The notes beneath the pieces were generated by a model that searched no databases, was not told the origin of the DNA, and was given only the letters and a program-made list of their open reading frames with translations. The position numbers and the translations under genes are program-made. A DNA stretch of 64,000 bases from an uncultured Rhodospirillaceae bacterium (GTDB taxonomy: Bacteria > Pseudomonadota > Alphaproteobacteria > Rhodospirillales > UBA2165), in assembly GCA_964566055.1 (NCBI GenBank), contig CAZMHI010000009.1, positions 19,447 to 83,446 of the forward strand. Direction: 5' to 3'. Below are positions 1 to 9,006 of this stretch, piece by piece. Numbering within the stretch: position 1 is the first letter of the stretch; the number at the start of each line of letters is the position of its first letter.

Positions 1-161
1 GCGAAGGAGGATCAATCGGCATATTTTCTATATGTTAACAGATTCATGTAAAAACTGGCTAAAGCTTGGCAATCGACCTAAACTAGGTTAAATCTCGCGA
101 CCTTGCCAATTGCAATTTGGCAATTATGAGTAAAGAATTGAGCAGCAACTAGGGTTTTTCA

Positions 162-626
162 ATGATTCTCTACGATCTCAGATGTTCACAGGGCCACACC
201 TTTGAAGCTTGGTTCAAAGATAGCGGCACTTATGATCAGCAGGCCAAACGCGGCGATGTGGAATGCCCGGTTTGTTCTGATACATCTGTTGAGAAAGCCA
301 TCATGGCGCCCCGGGTGTCATCGGCCACCCGCAAAAAAGGCTTGGAACACGATCTGCCGGCAATGCCACGCTCGGGACCCGGCAAAGAACGTGCTTCGGA
401 AGTCGCCCGCGAAATTCTTGACGCTGTTGGCAAAGTTCAAAAACATGTTGAAGAAAACTGCGAAGATGTCGGCGAAAATTTTGCCGATGAAGCACGCGCC
501 ATTCATTACGGCGACGCTGAAGAACGTGGTATCTACGGCGAGGCAACCGAAACCGAAGTTGAGGATCTAGTCGAAGAAGACATCCCGGTCTCACGCATTC
601 CCTGGAAAAAGCGCAAACCGTCCTAA
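162..626 (+). CDS. DUF1178 family protein
   Basis: MILYDLRC..GHTFEAWF..CPVC..KAIMAP and EDVGENFADEARAIHYGDAEERGIYG motifs; typical position next to ubiG. Confidence 0.9.
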   Translation: MILYDLRCSQGHTFEAWFKDSGTYDQQAKRGDVECPVCSDTSVEKAIMAPRVSSATRKKGLEHDLPAMPRSGPGKERASEVAREILDAVGKVQKHVEENCEDVGENFADEARAIHYGDAEERGIYGEATETEVEDLVEEDIPVSRIPWKKRKPS

Positions 627-629
627 AAT

Positions 630-1388
630 TTATGCCGGTTTTGCCGCCGCAATAAAATAATTCACCTCCAGATTTTTAGACAGCGACCAGCCACGGGCGA
701 GATCAAACTGCAGGCCGGTTAAATCCGTCAATTCCAAGCCGCTTGCTCTCACATAGTGGCCAAACTCCGAGGGTTTAACAAATTTGCGCCAATCATGGGT
801 GCCCGGAGGCACCCAGCCAAAAATGTATTCTGCCGCCACTTTCGCCAAAGCGAGCGATTTGACCGTCCGGTTGAGCGTTGCACCTACCATCAGCCCACCT
901 GGTTTCAAGAGTGCGGCGCAAGCGCTCATAAAAGCGTCGATATCGGCCACATGCTCGATCACTTCCATGTTAATCAAAACATCAAAGGTTTTACCTGCCG
1001 CTACCAGCTCTTCGGGCAAAATGTTTTGATAGGTGATTTCGAGCTCCATTTGCCCGGCATGGGTCATCGCTACTTCGATACTGTCGGGCGTCGCATCAAT
1101 ACCTGTTACTTCAGCGCCTAGCCGGGTTAACGGCTCACAAATCAAGCCACCGCCGCAGCCAATATCGACAACCGACAAGCCTTCAAGCGAACGCAGGTTT
1201 TCTGAATCACGATTAAAATGACTGCAAAGTTGATCCCGGATATAGGCCAGGCGCAGCGGATTGATCTGATGCAGCGACTTAAAATCACCCTTCGGGTCCC
1301 ACCACTCCTGAGCGAGACGTGCAAAATTTGCGACTTCCTTAGCCGAAGCAGTGCCACTAGGTCTAAAATTTTCAGCCGATACTGTCAT
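630..1388 (-). CDS. ubiG: Ubiquinone biosynthesis O-methyltransferase
   Basis: WWDPKG..LHQINPLRL, VDIGCGGG SAM motif, MEVIEHV, GTHDWRKF; start moved to ATG 1388 because the longer ORF overlaps lysC. Confidence 0.93.
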   Translation of the reverse strand: MTVSAENFRPSGTASAKEVANFARLAQEWWDPKGDFKSLHQINPLRLAYIRDQLCSHFNRDSENLRSLEGLSVVDIGCGGGLICEPLTRLGAEVTGIDATPDSIEVAMTHAGQMELEITYQNILPEELVAAGKTFDVLINMEVIEHVADIDAFMSACAALLKPGGLMVGATLNRTVKSLALAKVAAEYIFGWVPPGTHDWRKFVKPSEFGHYVRASGLELTDLTGLQFDLARGWSLSKNLEVNYFIAAAKPA

Positions 1389-1614
1389 CAATCTTTCATA
1401 CCTGATATCCGCCAATAACACACCACATCTCTTGCAAAACGGGCCTGAGAAAGAGTATGTATACCGCGCGCCCGGCAAACAGCAATAGAAAGCACCCGAT
1501 ATTTTGCTGATTTTCTGTTGTTTCTTGAAGTTAATCAAGGTGTTAGGTGCAACCGTCAAAGCCGGAAGACCAATTGGGGACGTTGCCGGATAATCGGTAT
1601 GGTAAGAGTAAAAA

Positions 1615-2835
1615 ATGGCACGAATTGTACAAAAATTCGGCGGCACGTCCGTCGCGGATATTGAGCGTATTAAAAACGCTGCGCTACGCGCCCAGGCGGA
1701 ACACGAGGCCGGCAATGAAGTTGTCGTCGTCGTTTCGGCAATGGCTGGCGTGACCAACCAATTGGTCGAGTATGTCGATCAAATGGGCAGTCTGTTTGAT
1801 GCCCGTGAATATGACGTCGTGGTCTCATCCGGTGAGCAATCCAACGCCGGCTTAATGGCCTTGGCATTGCAGGATTTAGGCATTCAAGCGCGCTCATGGC
1901 TGGGCTGGCAAATTGCCATCCACACCGATGAAATTCACGGCAAAGCTAGGATTACCGGCATTGATTCTGCCGAGCTTGAGAAGCGTCTGGCCGGAGGCGA
2001 GATTGCTGTGGTGCCTGGCTTTCAAGGTATTAGCCCCTCCAATCGGGTCACCACGCTCGGACGCGGCGGCTCTGATTTGACGGCGGTGGCGCTCGCCGGC
2101 GCCCTCAACGCCGACCGTTGTGATATCTACACGGATGTTGATGGCATCTATACCACGGATCCCCGGATCGTCAGTAAAGCCAAAAAACTCGATAGAATAA
2201 CCTATGAAGAAATGCTGGAGATGGCATCACTTGGTTCGAAGGTCTTGCAGACCCGCTCTGTTGAGCTAGCTATGAATCACCAGGTTCGGGTGCAGGTGCG
2301 CTCGAGCTTTGAGACAACTCCCGGCACTATTGTCGTAAGCGAGGATGAAATTGTGGAACAGCAAGTTGTAAGCGGTATATCGCAAAGCAAAGATGAAGCG
2401 AAAATTACTTTGCTCAAAGTCGCCGACCGGCCGGGTGTGGCTGCTGCCATATTCGGCCCTCTGGCTGATGCGGCGATTAATGTTGATATGATCGTGCAAA
2501 ATATTTCTGAAGACGGCAAAACCACCGATTTAACATTTACGGTTGGTACTGCTGACTTGGATACTGCGGTAGCGGTTTTAGAAAAAAATCAGGCAGATAT
2601 CGGCATTGGCGAGATCCTAGCTGATTCGGATGTGGTTAAAATATCCGTGGTTGGCGTTGGTATGCGTTCACATGCCGGGGTGGCGCAGAAAATGTTCCTG
2701 ACCCTCGCCGAAGCAGGTATCAATATCAAAGTGATCTCGACCTCTGAGATCAAAGTGAGTGTGCTGGTTGCCGAAGAATATGGCGAGACCGCAATCCAGG
2801 CACTCCACACTGCCTATGGTTTGGACAGCGACTAG
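1615..2835 (+). CDS. lysC: Aspartate kinase
   Basis: VQKFGGTSV, TLGRGGSD, YTDVDG, two C-terminal ACT domains. Confidence 0.96.
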   Translation: MARIVQKFGGTSVADIERIKNAALRAQAEHEAGNEVVVVVSAMAGVTNQLVEYVDQMGSLFDAREYDVVVSSGEQSNAGLMALALQDLGIQARSWLGWQIAIHTDEIHGKARITGIDSAELEKRLAGGEIAVVPGFQGISPSNRVTTLGRGGSDLTAVALAGALNADRCDIYTDVDGIYTTDPRIVSKAKKLDRITYEEMLEMASLGSKVLQTRSVELAMNHQVRVQVRSSFETTPGTIVVSEDEIVEQQVVSGISQSKDEAKITLLKVADRPGVAAAIFGPLADAAINVDMIVQNISEDGKTTDLTFTVGTADLDTAVAVLEKNQADIGIGEILADSDVVKISVVGVGMRSHAGVAQKMFLTLAEAGINIKVISTSEIKVSVLVAEEYGETAIQALHTAYGLDSD

Positions 2836-2863
2836 GTCAAAACAAAGCGGAGCCTGACTAAAT

Positions 2864-5134
2864 ATGGCGCGAATACCTACCATGACGGGACCGAGGCGCC
2901 TTTTGGCGCGCCTGCGCGATGTGATGGCGGAGGCCGGCACCGCTCAGGAACGTCTTGATCATATCGCTTCGATTATTGCCGCTGATTTCGTGGCTGAAGT
3001 GTGTTCCGTCTATGTGCTGAGAGCGGGTGAAGTCCTGGAATTGTTTGCCGCTACTGGCTTAGCCGCCGAGGCTATTCACAATACCCGGCTAAGCATTGGT
3101 GAAGGCTTGATTGGCCGCATTGCGGTGCAGGCCCGGCCCCTCGCTTTGGCTGATGCGCAAAGCCATCCGGATTTTGCCTATCGCCCCGAAACCGGTGAGG
3201 AAATATATCAGAGCCTGGCAGGTGTACCAATTCTCCGGGGCGGCCGCGTTACCGGCGTGCTGGCGGTACAGAACAAAACCGGGCGGTCCTACACCGAAGA
3301 GGAAATTGAGACCCTGGAAACCATCGCCATGGTGATTGCTGAGCTGATCGCCAGCAGCAATTTATTGAGCGAAGAAGAGCTGCATGCAGTGGACGGCGTT
3401 TCGCTCATGCCGGTTGCCATGGAAGGTGTCCGGCTGAATGGCGGTTTGGCGATCGGAGAGGCAGTACGCCACGAACGGCGCATTCAAATACTAAAATTGG
3501 TGGCGGATGATCCGGAAACAGAACATCAACGGTTAGACCGGGCGGTGGCCGAAATGCACGGCGCCATTGATGAAATGCTCGAAGCCAAGGATGTAGCCGA
3601 AGGCGGGGAACATCGCGACATCCTGGAAACCTACAAAATGTTTGCTGAAGATGCCGGCTGGCTGGCGCGCATTAACGAAGCCATCACTAATGGTCTCACG
3701 GCGGAAGCTGCGGTCGAAAAAGTCCGCAATGACACCCGCGCCCGGTTCAGAAGCCAAACCGACCGGTACTTTCGCGAACGTCTGCACGATTTTGATGATC
3801 TTGCTCATCGCTTGCTGCAGCATTTGGTTGGCGTCACCGAAACAACCGAAACCAATAATTTGCCGGAAAATATTATTTTGGTGGCACGCAATATGGGTCC
3901 AGCGGAGTTACTGGATTATGACCGCTCACGTCTGCGTGGCTTGGTACTGGAGGAAGGTTCGGCAACCACCCATGTCGCTATTGTCGCCCGGGCGCTGGAT
4001 ATACCTGTGGTCGGGAAAATGCCGGAAATTCTGGATAAAGTCGAACGTGGTGACACGGTCATCGTCGACGGCGATAACGCCGAAGTCCACATCCGGCCTG
4101 CCGATGATATCCGCCAAGCCTTTGTCGATACGTTAACCGCGCGCGCGCAACGCATCGCCACCTATGCCAGTTTACGGGACGTCCCAGCTGAAACCAAAGA
4201 CGGTTTGCGGGTGGCCCTCCACATCAATGCCGGCCTGCTTGCGGATATGCAGAACATGTCCGAGACCGGCGCCGACGGTATTGGCCTTTACCGGACGGAA
4301 ATTCCTTTTATGGACAGCCATGATTTTCCGGATGTTGACCGCCAGGCGCAGATTTATGAGCGGGTGATCGAGCAATCTGAAGGCAAGCCAGTGGTTTTCC
4401 GCACGCTTGATATTGGCGGTGATAAAGGTCTGCCCTATTGGGATACAGCTGGTGACGAGAATCCGGCAATGGGCTGGCGGGCTGTCCGGGTCTCCCTCGA
4501 CCGGCCAGTGTTGATGCGTCATCAGTTACGCGCCCTTATCCGCGCCGCCCAAGGGCACGATCTATCAGTGATGTTCCCGATGATCACCGAGATTGCTGAG
4601 TTCGATGCCGCCAAAAAACTCCTCGATCTCGAATTAGCGCGGGCCGAAAAGAAAGGCCGCACGCCGATCAGAAACTTAAAAGTCGGCACCATGCTGGAAG
4701 TGCCCGCCCTCGCCTATCAAATGCCGGCCTTATTGCAACGGGTCGATTTTTTATCTGTTGGCAGCAATGATCTTTTTCAGTTTCTGTTTGCCAGTGATCG
4801 CGGCAGTCCCCGGATAGCTGACCGTTATGACCCCCTGTCACCGGCAGCCTTAAACTTTCTTGGCAGTTTGGTTGAACAATGTGACGCCGCCCAAACACCG
4901 ATCAGTCTCTGCGGTGAAATGGCGGGCCGGCCCCTTGATGCCATGGCCTTGGTCGGGCTCGGCTTTCGCACGCTCTCCATGGCGCCATCATCAATCGGGC
5001 CAGTGAAGACCATGATCCGGAGCCTCTCAGCAGGGGATTTAAAGCGCTACCTCGATAGTTTACAGGATGTCGCCGAGCACAGTTTGCGGGAAAAGTTGCG
5101 CGAATTTGCCGTTGATCATGGGGTTATGATTTAA
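2864..5134 (+). CDS. ptsP: Phosphoenolpyruvate-protein phosphotransferase EI(Ntr) with N-terminal GAF domain
   Basis: GAF domain, phospho-His in THVAIVARAL, GIGLYRTE, RTLDIGGDK, SVGSNDL, CGEMA. Confidence 0.95.
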   Translation: MARIPTMTGPRRLLARLRDVMAEAGTAQERLDHIASIIAADFVAEVCSVYVLRAGEVLELFAATGLAAEAIHNTRLSIGEGLIGRIAVQARPLALADAQSHPDFAYRPETGEEIYQSLAGVPILRGGRVTGVLAVQNKTGRSYTEEEIETLETIAMVIAELIASSNLLSEEELHAVDGVSLMPVAMEGVRLNGGLAIGEAVRHERRIQILKLVADDPETEHQRLDRAVAEMHGAIDEMLEAKDVAEGGEHRDILETYKMFAEDAGWLARINEAITNGLTAEAAVEKVRNDTRARFRSQTDRYFRERLHDFDDLAHRLLQHLVGVTETTETNNLPENIILVARNMGPAELLDYDRSRLRGLVLEEGSATTHVAIVARALDIPVVGKMPEILDKVERGDTVIVDGDNAEVHIRPADDIRQAFVDTLTARAQRIATYASLRDVPAETKDGLRVALHINAGLLADMQNMSETGADGIGLYRTEIPFMDSHDFPDVDRQAQIYERVIEQSEGKPVVFRTLDIGGDKGLPYWDTAGDENPAMGWRAVRVSLDRPVLMRHQLRALIRAAQGHDLSVMFPMITEIAEFDAAKKLLDLELARAEKKGRTPIRNLKVGTMLEVPALAYQMPALLQRVDFLSVGSNDLFQFLFASDRGSPRIADRYDPLSPAALNFLGSLVEQCDAAQTPISLCGEMAGRPLDAMALVGLGFRTLSMAPSSIGPVKTMIRSLSAGDLKRYLDSLQDVAEHSLREKLREFAVDHGVMI

Positions 5135-5267
5135 CCGATACGCCAAATTCAAGCCTATAAATTTTTAACCATTGCCAAATTTCCAACTATCTCTAGAATA
5201 ATTAAAAATATCTTCGCCTGACACGGGGGGAAATCGATCCTGTGCAATCGGGTGACAGGGTGGATGC

Positions 5268-6773
5268 GTGTTAGAAAATCGAACAGATACAGTCGAAGGT
5301 CCAACCTCGGCACAATATGCCGTTAGGCGATTGTGGGCACCTGTATTGCTGACAGTTATTGCCTCTCTGCTGGTGCTGTTTTCAGAGCCGATATTCCACC
5401 TCATAGCCATGCCTTCTCCTTGGCGATTGTCAGTTGGGCAGGGGTTTGAAATAGCCATCTGGCTGACGGGTGCCTTATTGTTTAATCGCCTTTTTGGTAT
5501 CGCGGTTTGGGATGGCCTCTTTACCTACACCTATGGCCGGAAGCCACCGCGCCTGATTGTTCAACTGGGTGGCGTGGTTATATTTCTGCTCGCTCTTTCC
5601 GGGATTATTGGCGTGGTTTTTGGTCAATCAATTACCGCGCTCTGGGCAACCTCTGGGGCCATCGGAGTCGTGGTCGGTTTTGCCCTGCAGAACCTTATTC
5701 TCGATACCTTTTCCGGCCTCGCCATCAACGTTGAGCGGCCCTTTAAAGTTGGTGATTGGATCACCGTACATACCCGGTTTGGCGAGTATATAGGCCGGGT
5801 TGAAGAAACCAATTGGCGGACCACGCGGCTTTGGACCACCGGCAGAAGCACGATAATTGTGCCCAACAGCTTCATGACCACGACGCTTGTCACCAATTTC
5901 TCCAAGCCGGAGGGCGAAAACCGTTTTGAACTTGATTTCGTGTTGGATTTTTCGGTCGATAGTGCGCGCGCTATCCGTATCATCTATGCTGGGATTCGTG
6001 CCTCAATCGGTGATCGTGGACCGCTCAGTGAGCCACCGCCCAAAGTCCGCGCCAGTGGAGTGACCGAGTATGGCGTCTTATATAAAGCCCGCTATTACCT
6101 GAACACAGTCGATGTCTCGCCGAGCAAGGCGCGTAACACTATTATTGGAAATGTCTTAGACCATATCCGGCACGCCGGGCTTACACTTTCTTACCCGAAA
6201 ACCGATGTGTTTAACGCGCCAATGCCATGGCGCCAGCAAGACTGGTCATCGCCCAAAGATCAGGCCCGGCAGTTGGGCAAAATGTCGCTTTTCTCGGCAT
6301 TGAGCCAGGACGATGTTGAGTTCATTGTCGCCCGAATGCTGGTTCACGCTCATACCAAGAATGATCAAGTTGTCGAACAGGGCACGGCGGGTGATTCGAT
6401 GTTTATTCTTGCCGAAGGATTGCTCGAAGTTTTTGTTGAAAACAGCGAAGGTAAGAATTTTAAGGTTGCTGATCTGGCGCCGGGTACGTTTTTTGGCGAG
6501 AAATCAATGCTGACTGGAGAACGGAGGTCGGCGACCATCACCTGCGCGACCGATGCCGTCATCTGCGAGATCACCAAGGACGTCATGATGGAATTGTTTC
6601 AGACCAACACCGCTGTTGCCGAATTATTGAGCCGCGCCATCGCCATTCGTGAAGTTCAGAATAACGAAACCATTCAAAATATGGAACGCGATGAGATCAG
6701 TGATGAGATCGACCAGGAAACCAACCGCTTTCTTTCCCGTATTCGCGGTTTCTTCGGCATGGCTCGAGCATAG
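5268..6773 (+). CDS. MscS-family mechanosensitive channel with C-terminal cyclic-nucleotide-binding domain
   Basis: TM helices, GFALQ..ERPFKVGDWI MscS motif, FFGEKSMLTGERRSAT CNBD cassette; start uncertain. Confidence 0.88.
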   Translation: MLENRTDTVEGPTSAQYAVRRLWAPVLLTVIASLLVLFSEPIFHLIAMPSPWRLSVGQGFEIAIWLTGALLFNRLFGIAVWDGLFTYTYGRKPPRLIVQLGGVVIFLLALSGIIGVVFGQSITALWATSGAIGVVVGFALQNLILDTFSGLAINVERPFKVGDWITVHTRFGEYIGRVEETNWRTTRLWTTGRSTIIVPNSFMTTTLVTNFSKPEGENRFELDFVLDFSVDSARAIRIIYAGIRASIGDRGPLSEPPPKVRASGVTEYGVLYKARYYLNTVDVSPSKARNTIIGNVLDHIRHAGLTLSYPKTDVFNAPMPWRQQDWSSPKDQARQLGKMSLFSALSQDDVEFIVARMLVHAHTKNDQVVEQGTAGDSMFILAEGLLEVFVENSEGKNFKVADLAPGTFFGEKSMLTGERRSATITCATDAVICEITKDVMMELFQTNTAVAELLSRAIAIREVQNNETIQNMERDEISDEIDQETNRFLSRIRGFFGMARA

Positions 6774-6795
6774 AGAAAAATACAAATAACTTAGC

Positions 6796-7299
6796 TTAAC
6801 CACTCATATTCAAGAGCTGCGGAGCCCGGTCGATGATGGTTTCGAGAATCCGCTCGGCTTTATCCCGCTTATCAAGCACGGCTTCGTTGAGGTGATCCTG
6901 GTATTTTTCCTGCTTTAGAACATTTTCCGCATCGTAGAGCGTTTTCAACTCCTGAATAAAAACATAGCGGGTGCCAATCGGCAAAAATTCCTTTTCACTA
7001 ATAACGGAAAGGTAATTCAAAGAGCCATCGAGCAGGACAGACCAAATTAACACCGTAAGCGTTTCATACTGTTCCTCCAGTTTTTCTTTTTTGGAGGACT
7101 CGTTAAGGTGGATGCGGCGCTCAATAATAATCAGAAATGACAGGCACTCGCCCATCATGTTGCGAAACTCCTGATAATCTTCGAAATTGATGTTTTCTTT
7201 TTGTTGCTTGGGGATTTCTGACAGCGCAGCCAGTTCAGCCACCCGTTCACTGAGCAATTGCAGAAAAGTCTCGGCGTCTTTTTCTTCAAATTCAGCCAT
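6796..7299 (-). CDS. Hypothetical alpha-helical protein
   Basis: 167-codon ORF from ATG 7299 filling the intergenic gap; no recognised motif. Confidence 0.7.
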   Translation of the reverse strand: MAEFEEKDAETFLQLLSERVAELAALSEIPKQQKENINFEDYQEFRNMMGECLSFLIIIERRIHLNESSKKEKLEEQYETLTVLIWSVLLDGSLNYLSVISEKEFLPIGTRYVFIQELKTLYDAENVLKQEKYQDHLNEAVLDKRDKAERILETIIDRAPQLLNMSG

Positions 7300-7459
7300 A
7301 ATTTGTCTCGCGTGCGGCTTGATTTCAATTCGCCAGTGATAATCCAATGTAAAGCAGGTGCATATAGGTGTTTACCAGGATATCTATTAATATTCAGATA
7401 ATTGCCATCATTAGATACTTCTGGCAGACTTCGTTGCAGAAAAACTGGGGAGCGGGAAA

Positions 7460-7702
7460 GTGAATTCAAGCGAAACACAAACCGAAACACGTCAAGCAAC
7501 GACCAGCGAGAAACAGTTCCGGATCAAGGAAGACAGTTTTTGGCTCCGCCGCAAACGGGATATTTTTGTCTTTCGCTATTTAGCCCGCATTGTCTGGATG
7601 TGGCTGACCGTCGGTGGCCGCATCAGACGGGCTCATCAAGAGGCCAAACAATCGGGAAAAACCTATTATATCGATAATATCATGGGCGGAGGCAACGTCT
7701 GA
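7460..7702 (+). CDS. Small basic hypothetical protein coupled to the downstream Fe-S gene
   Basis: GGAG upstream of GTG; its stop overlaps the next ATG (TGATG). Confidence 0.7.
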   Translation: MNSSETQTETRQATTSEKQFRIKEDSFWLRRKRDIFVFRYLARIVWMWLTVGGRIRRAHQEAKQSGKTYYIDNIMGGGNV

Positions 7703-8679
7703 TGAAACCGAATGCACCACCCGCTGAATATGCCTTCGCCTATAAGGAAATGCCCTATTCCGGGAACAAGATTAACGGCCTCGGCTCAACGGAAAAATTC
7801 CGGCCCCACCCGCCTTTTCACAATACAGGCCGCGGTTCAGACCGCGAGGAAATTCCCTGGGCGGCTTTAGACACTTTTTTCAATATGTCCAATCCGTGGA
7901 CAGTATTTTGGGAAAATATCCGGGGATTATGGGAGCGGCGCAATGCGGCGGGTCCGGTGACGACTGAACCCATTGAAGTCACCGACCCGCAAGCCATATC
8001 GGATCAAGTTAAAGCTAAAGCCAAGGAAATCGGAGTAGAGTTGATCGGCATCTCGCTTTACGATGATGACAGTCAATATGTTGAAAATGCTTTCCCCTAT
8101 AAATACGCCATCATGCTAGGCATCGTCATGGACCGGGAAGCCATGGTGCAGGCGCCTCATACTCCAGCCGCCAAAGAAGTCATGCGGGGCTACCGCCTCG
8201 GCTCAAGACGCGCCAACCAACTGGCCGCCTATATTCGCTCGCTAGGCTGGCAGGCTGAAGGCTATGGCATCGGCGAAGATTTAATGCAGCATCCAATGGC
8301 GATTGCTTCGGGTATCGGCACCCTTGGTAAACACGGCTCATTGATCAGCCGTGAATATGGCTCCAATTTTAGGATCACTTCAGTCCTGACGGATTTACCG
8401 ATGGCCGTCGACGAACCGGTTGATTTTGGCGCAGAGGATTTTTGCCGCTCATGTAAGAAATGCGTTACCGAATGTCCGCCAGGCGCAATTTTCGACACCA
8501 AGCAAATGGTCCGGGGCGTCGAAAAATGGTATGTCGATTTCGATAAATGTATTTTTTATTTTTCGGACCACATGGGATGTTCGATTTGTATTGAAGTCTG
8601 CCCCTGGTCGGAACCGGGACGTGGCCCAAAATTATCTGAAAAGTTACTGAAACGGCGAGCGGAAGCGAAAGTCAGTTAG
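7702..8679 (+). CDS. Short reductive-dehalogenase-like protein (putative cobalamin and 2x[4Fe-4S]); no TAT signal
   Basis: GIGTLGKHGSLI..YGSNFRITSVLTDLP, CRSCKKCVTECP, Cx9CSICIEVCPW. Confidence 0.8.
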   Translation: MKPNAPPAEYAFAYKEMPYSGNKINGLGSTEKFRPHPPFHNTGRGSDREEIPWAALDTFFNMSNPWTVFWENIRGLWERRNAAGPVTTEPIEVTDPQAISDQVKAKAKEIGVELIGISLYDDDSQYVENAFPYKYAIMLGIVMDREAMVQAPHTPAAKEVMRGYRLGSRRANQLAAYIRSLGWQAEGYGIGEDLMQHPMAIASGIGTLGKHGSLISREYGSNFRITSVLTDLPMAVDEPVDFGAEDFCRSCKKCVTECPPGAIFDTKQMVRGVEKWYVDFDKCIFYFSDHMGCSICIEVCPWSEPGRGPKLSEKLLKRRAEAKVS

Positions 8680-9006
8680 TCAGATTTATAATCTAGCGCC
8701 TTTTCTGGTTTTTTTAACTTGGGCACTCATTGTGCCTGGATAAATTATTGATTTTCCCCCATAAAGCGCGTCCCCGTTGCAGATTGAATTAGCAATTTCT
8801 GCCTTCTCATTGAATCTATTCAATTTTAAAAGATCGTTGAGAGAAAACTAATTTAAGTGTAAATTTACGATTCTAGTGGAAATATTTGATTTCTGGAGCT
8901 AATTTCGCTTCGTTCTGTTCAAATTATTTTTTGACAAGAATGATTTTTACGGATGCGTTGATGATTCCAGAAACAATTGGGATTAATCACTAGAAGAAGA
9001 GAACAC

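Noticed and set aside
630-1757. Long N-terminal extensions in the ORF track (ubiG 375 aa, regulator 291 aa, nuclease 397 aa, maturase 446 aa)
   Set aside because: The extensions overlap neighbouring genes or promoter regions; family similarity begins at downstream starts.
7702-8679. Calling this gene queG (epoxyqueuosine reductase)
   Set aside because: It lacks the QueG CISYLTIE and GCDxCQ signatures, its second Fe-S motif is Rdh-like, and queH is present at 21878.
8809-8824. Palindrome ATTGAAT-CT-ATTCAAT upstream of rodZ as a Crp/FNR-type site
   Set aside because: It differs from TTGAT-N4-ATCAA in both half-sites and lies in AT-rich DNA where such palindromes arise by chance.
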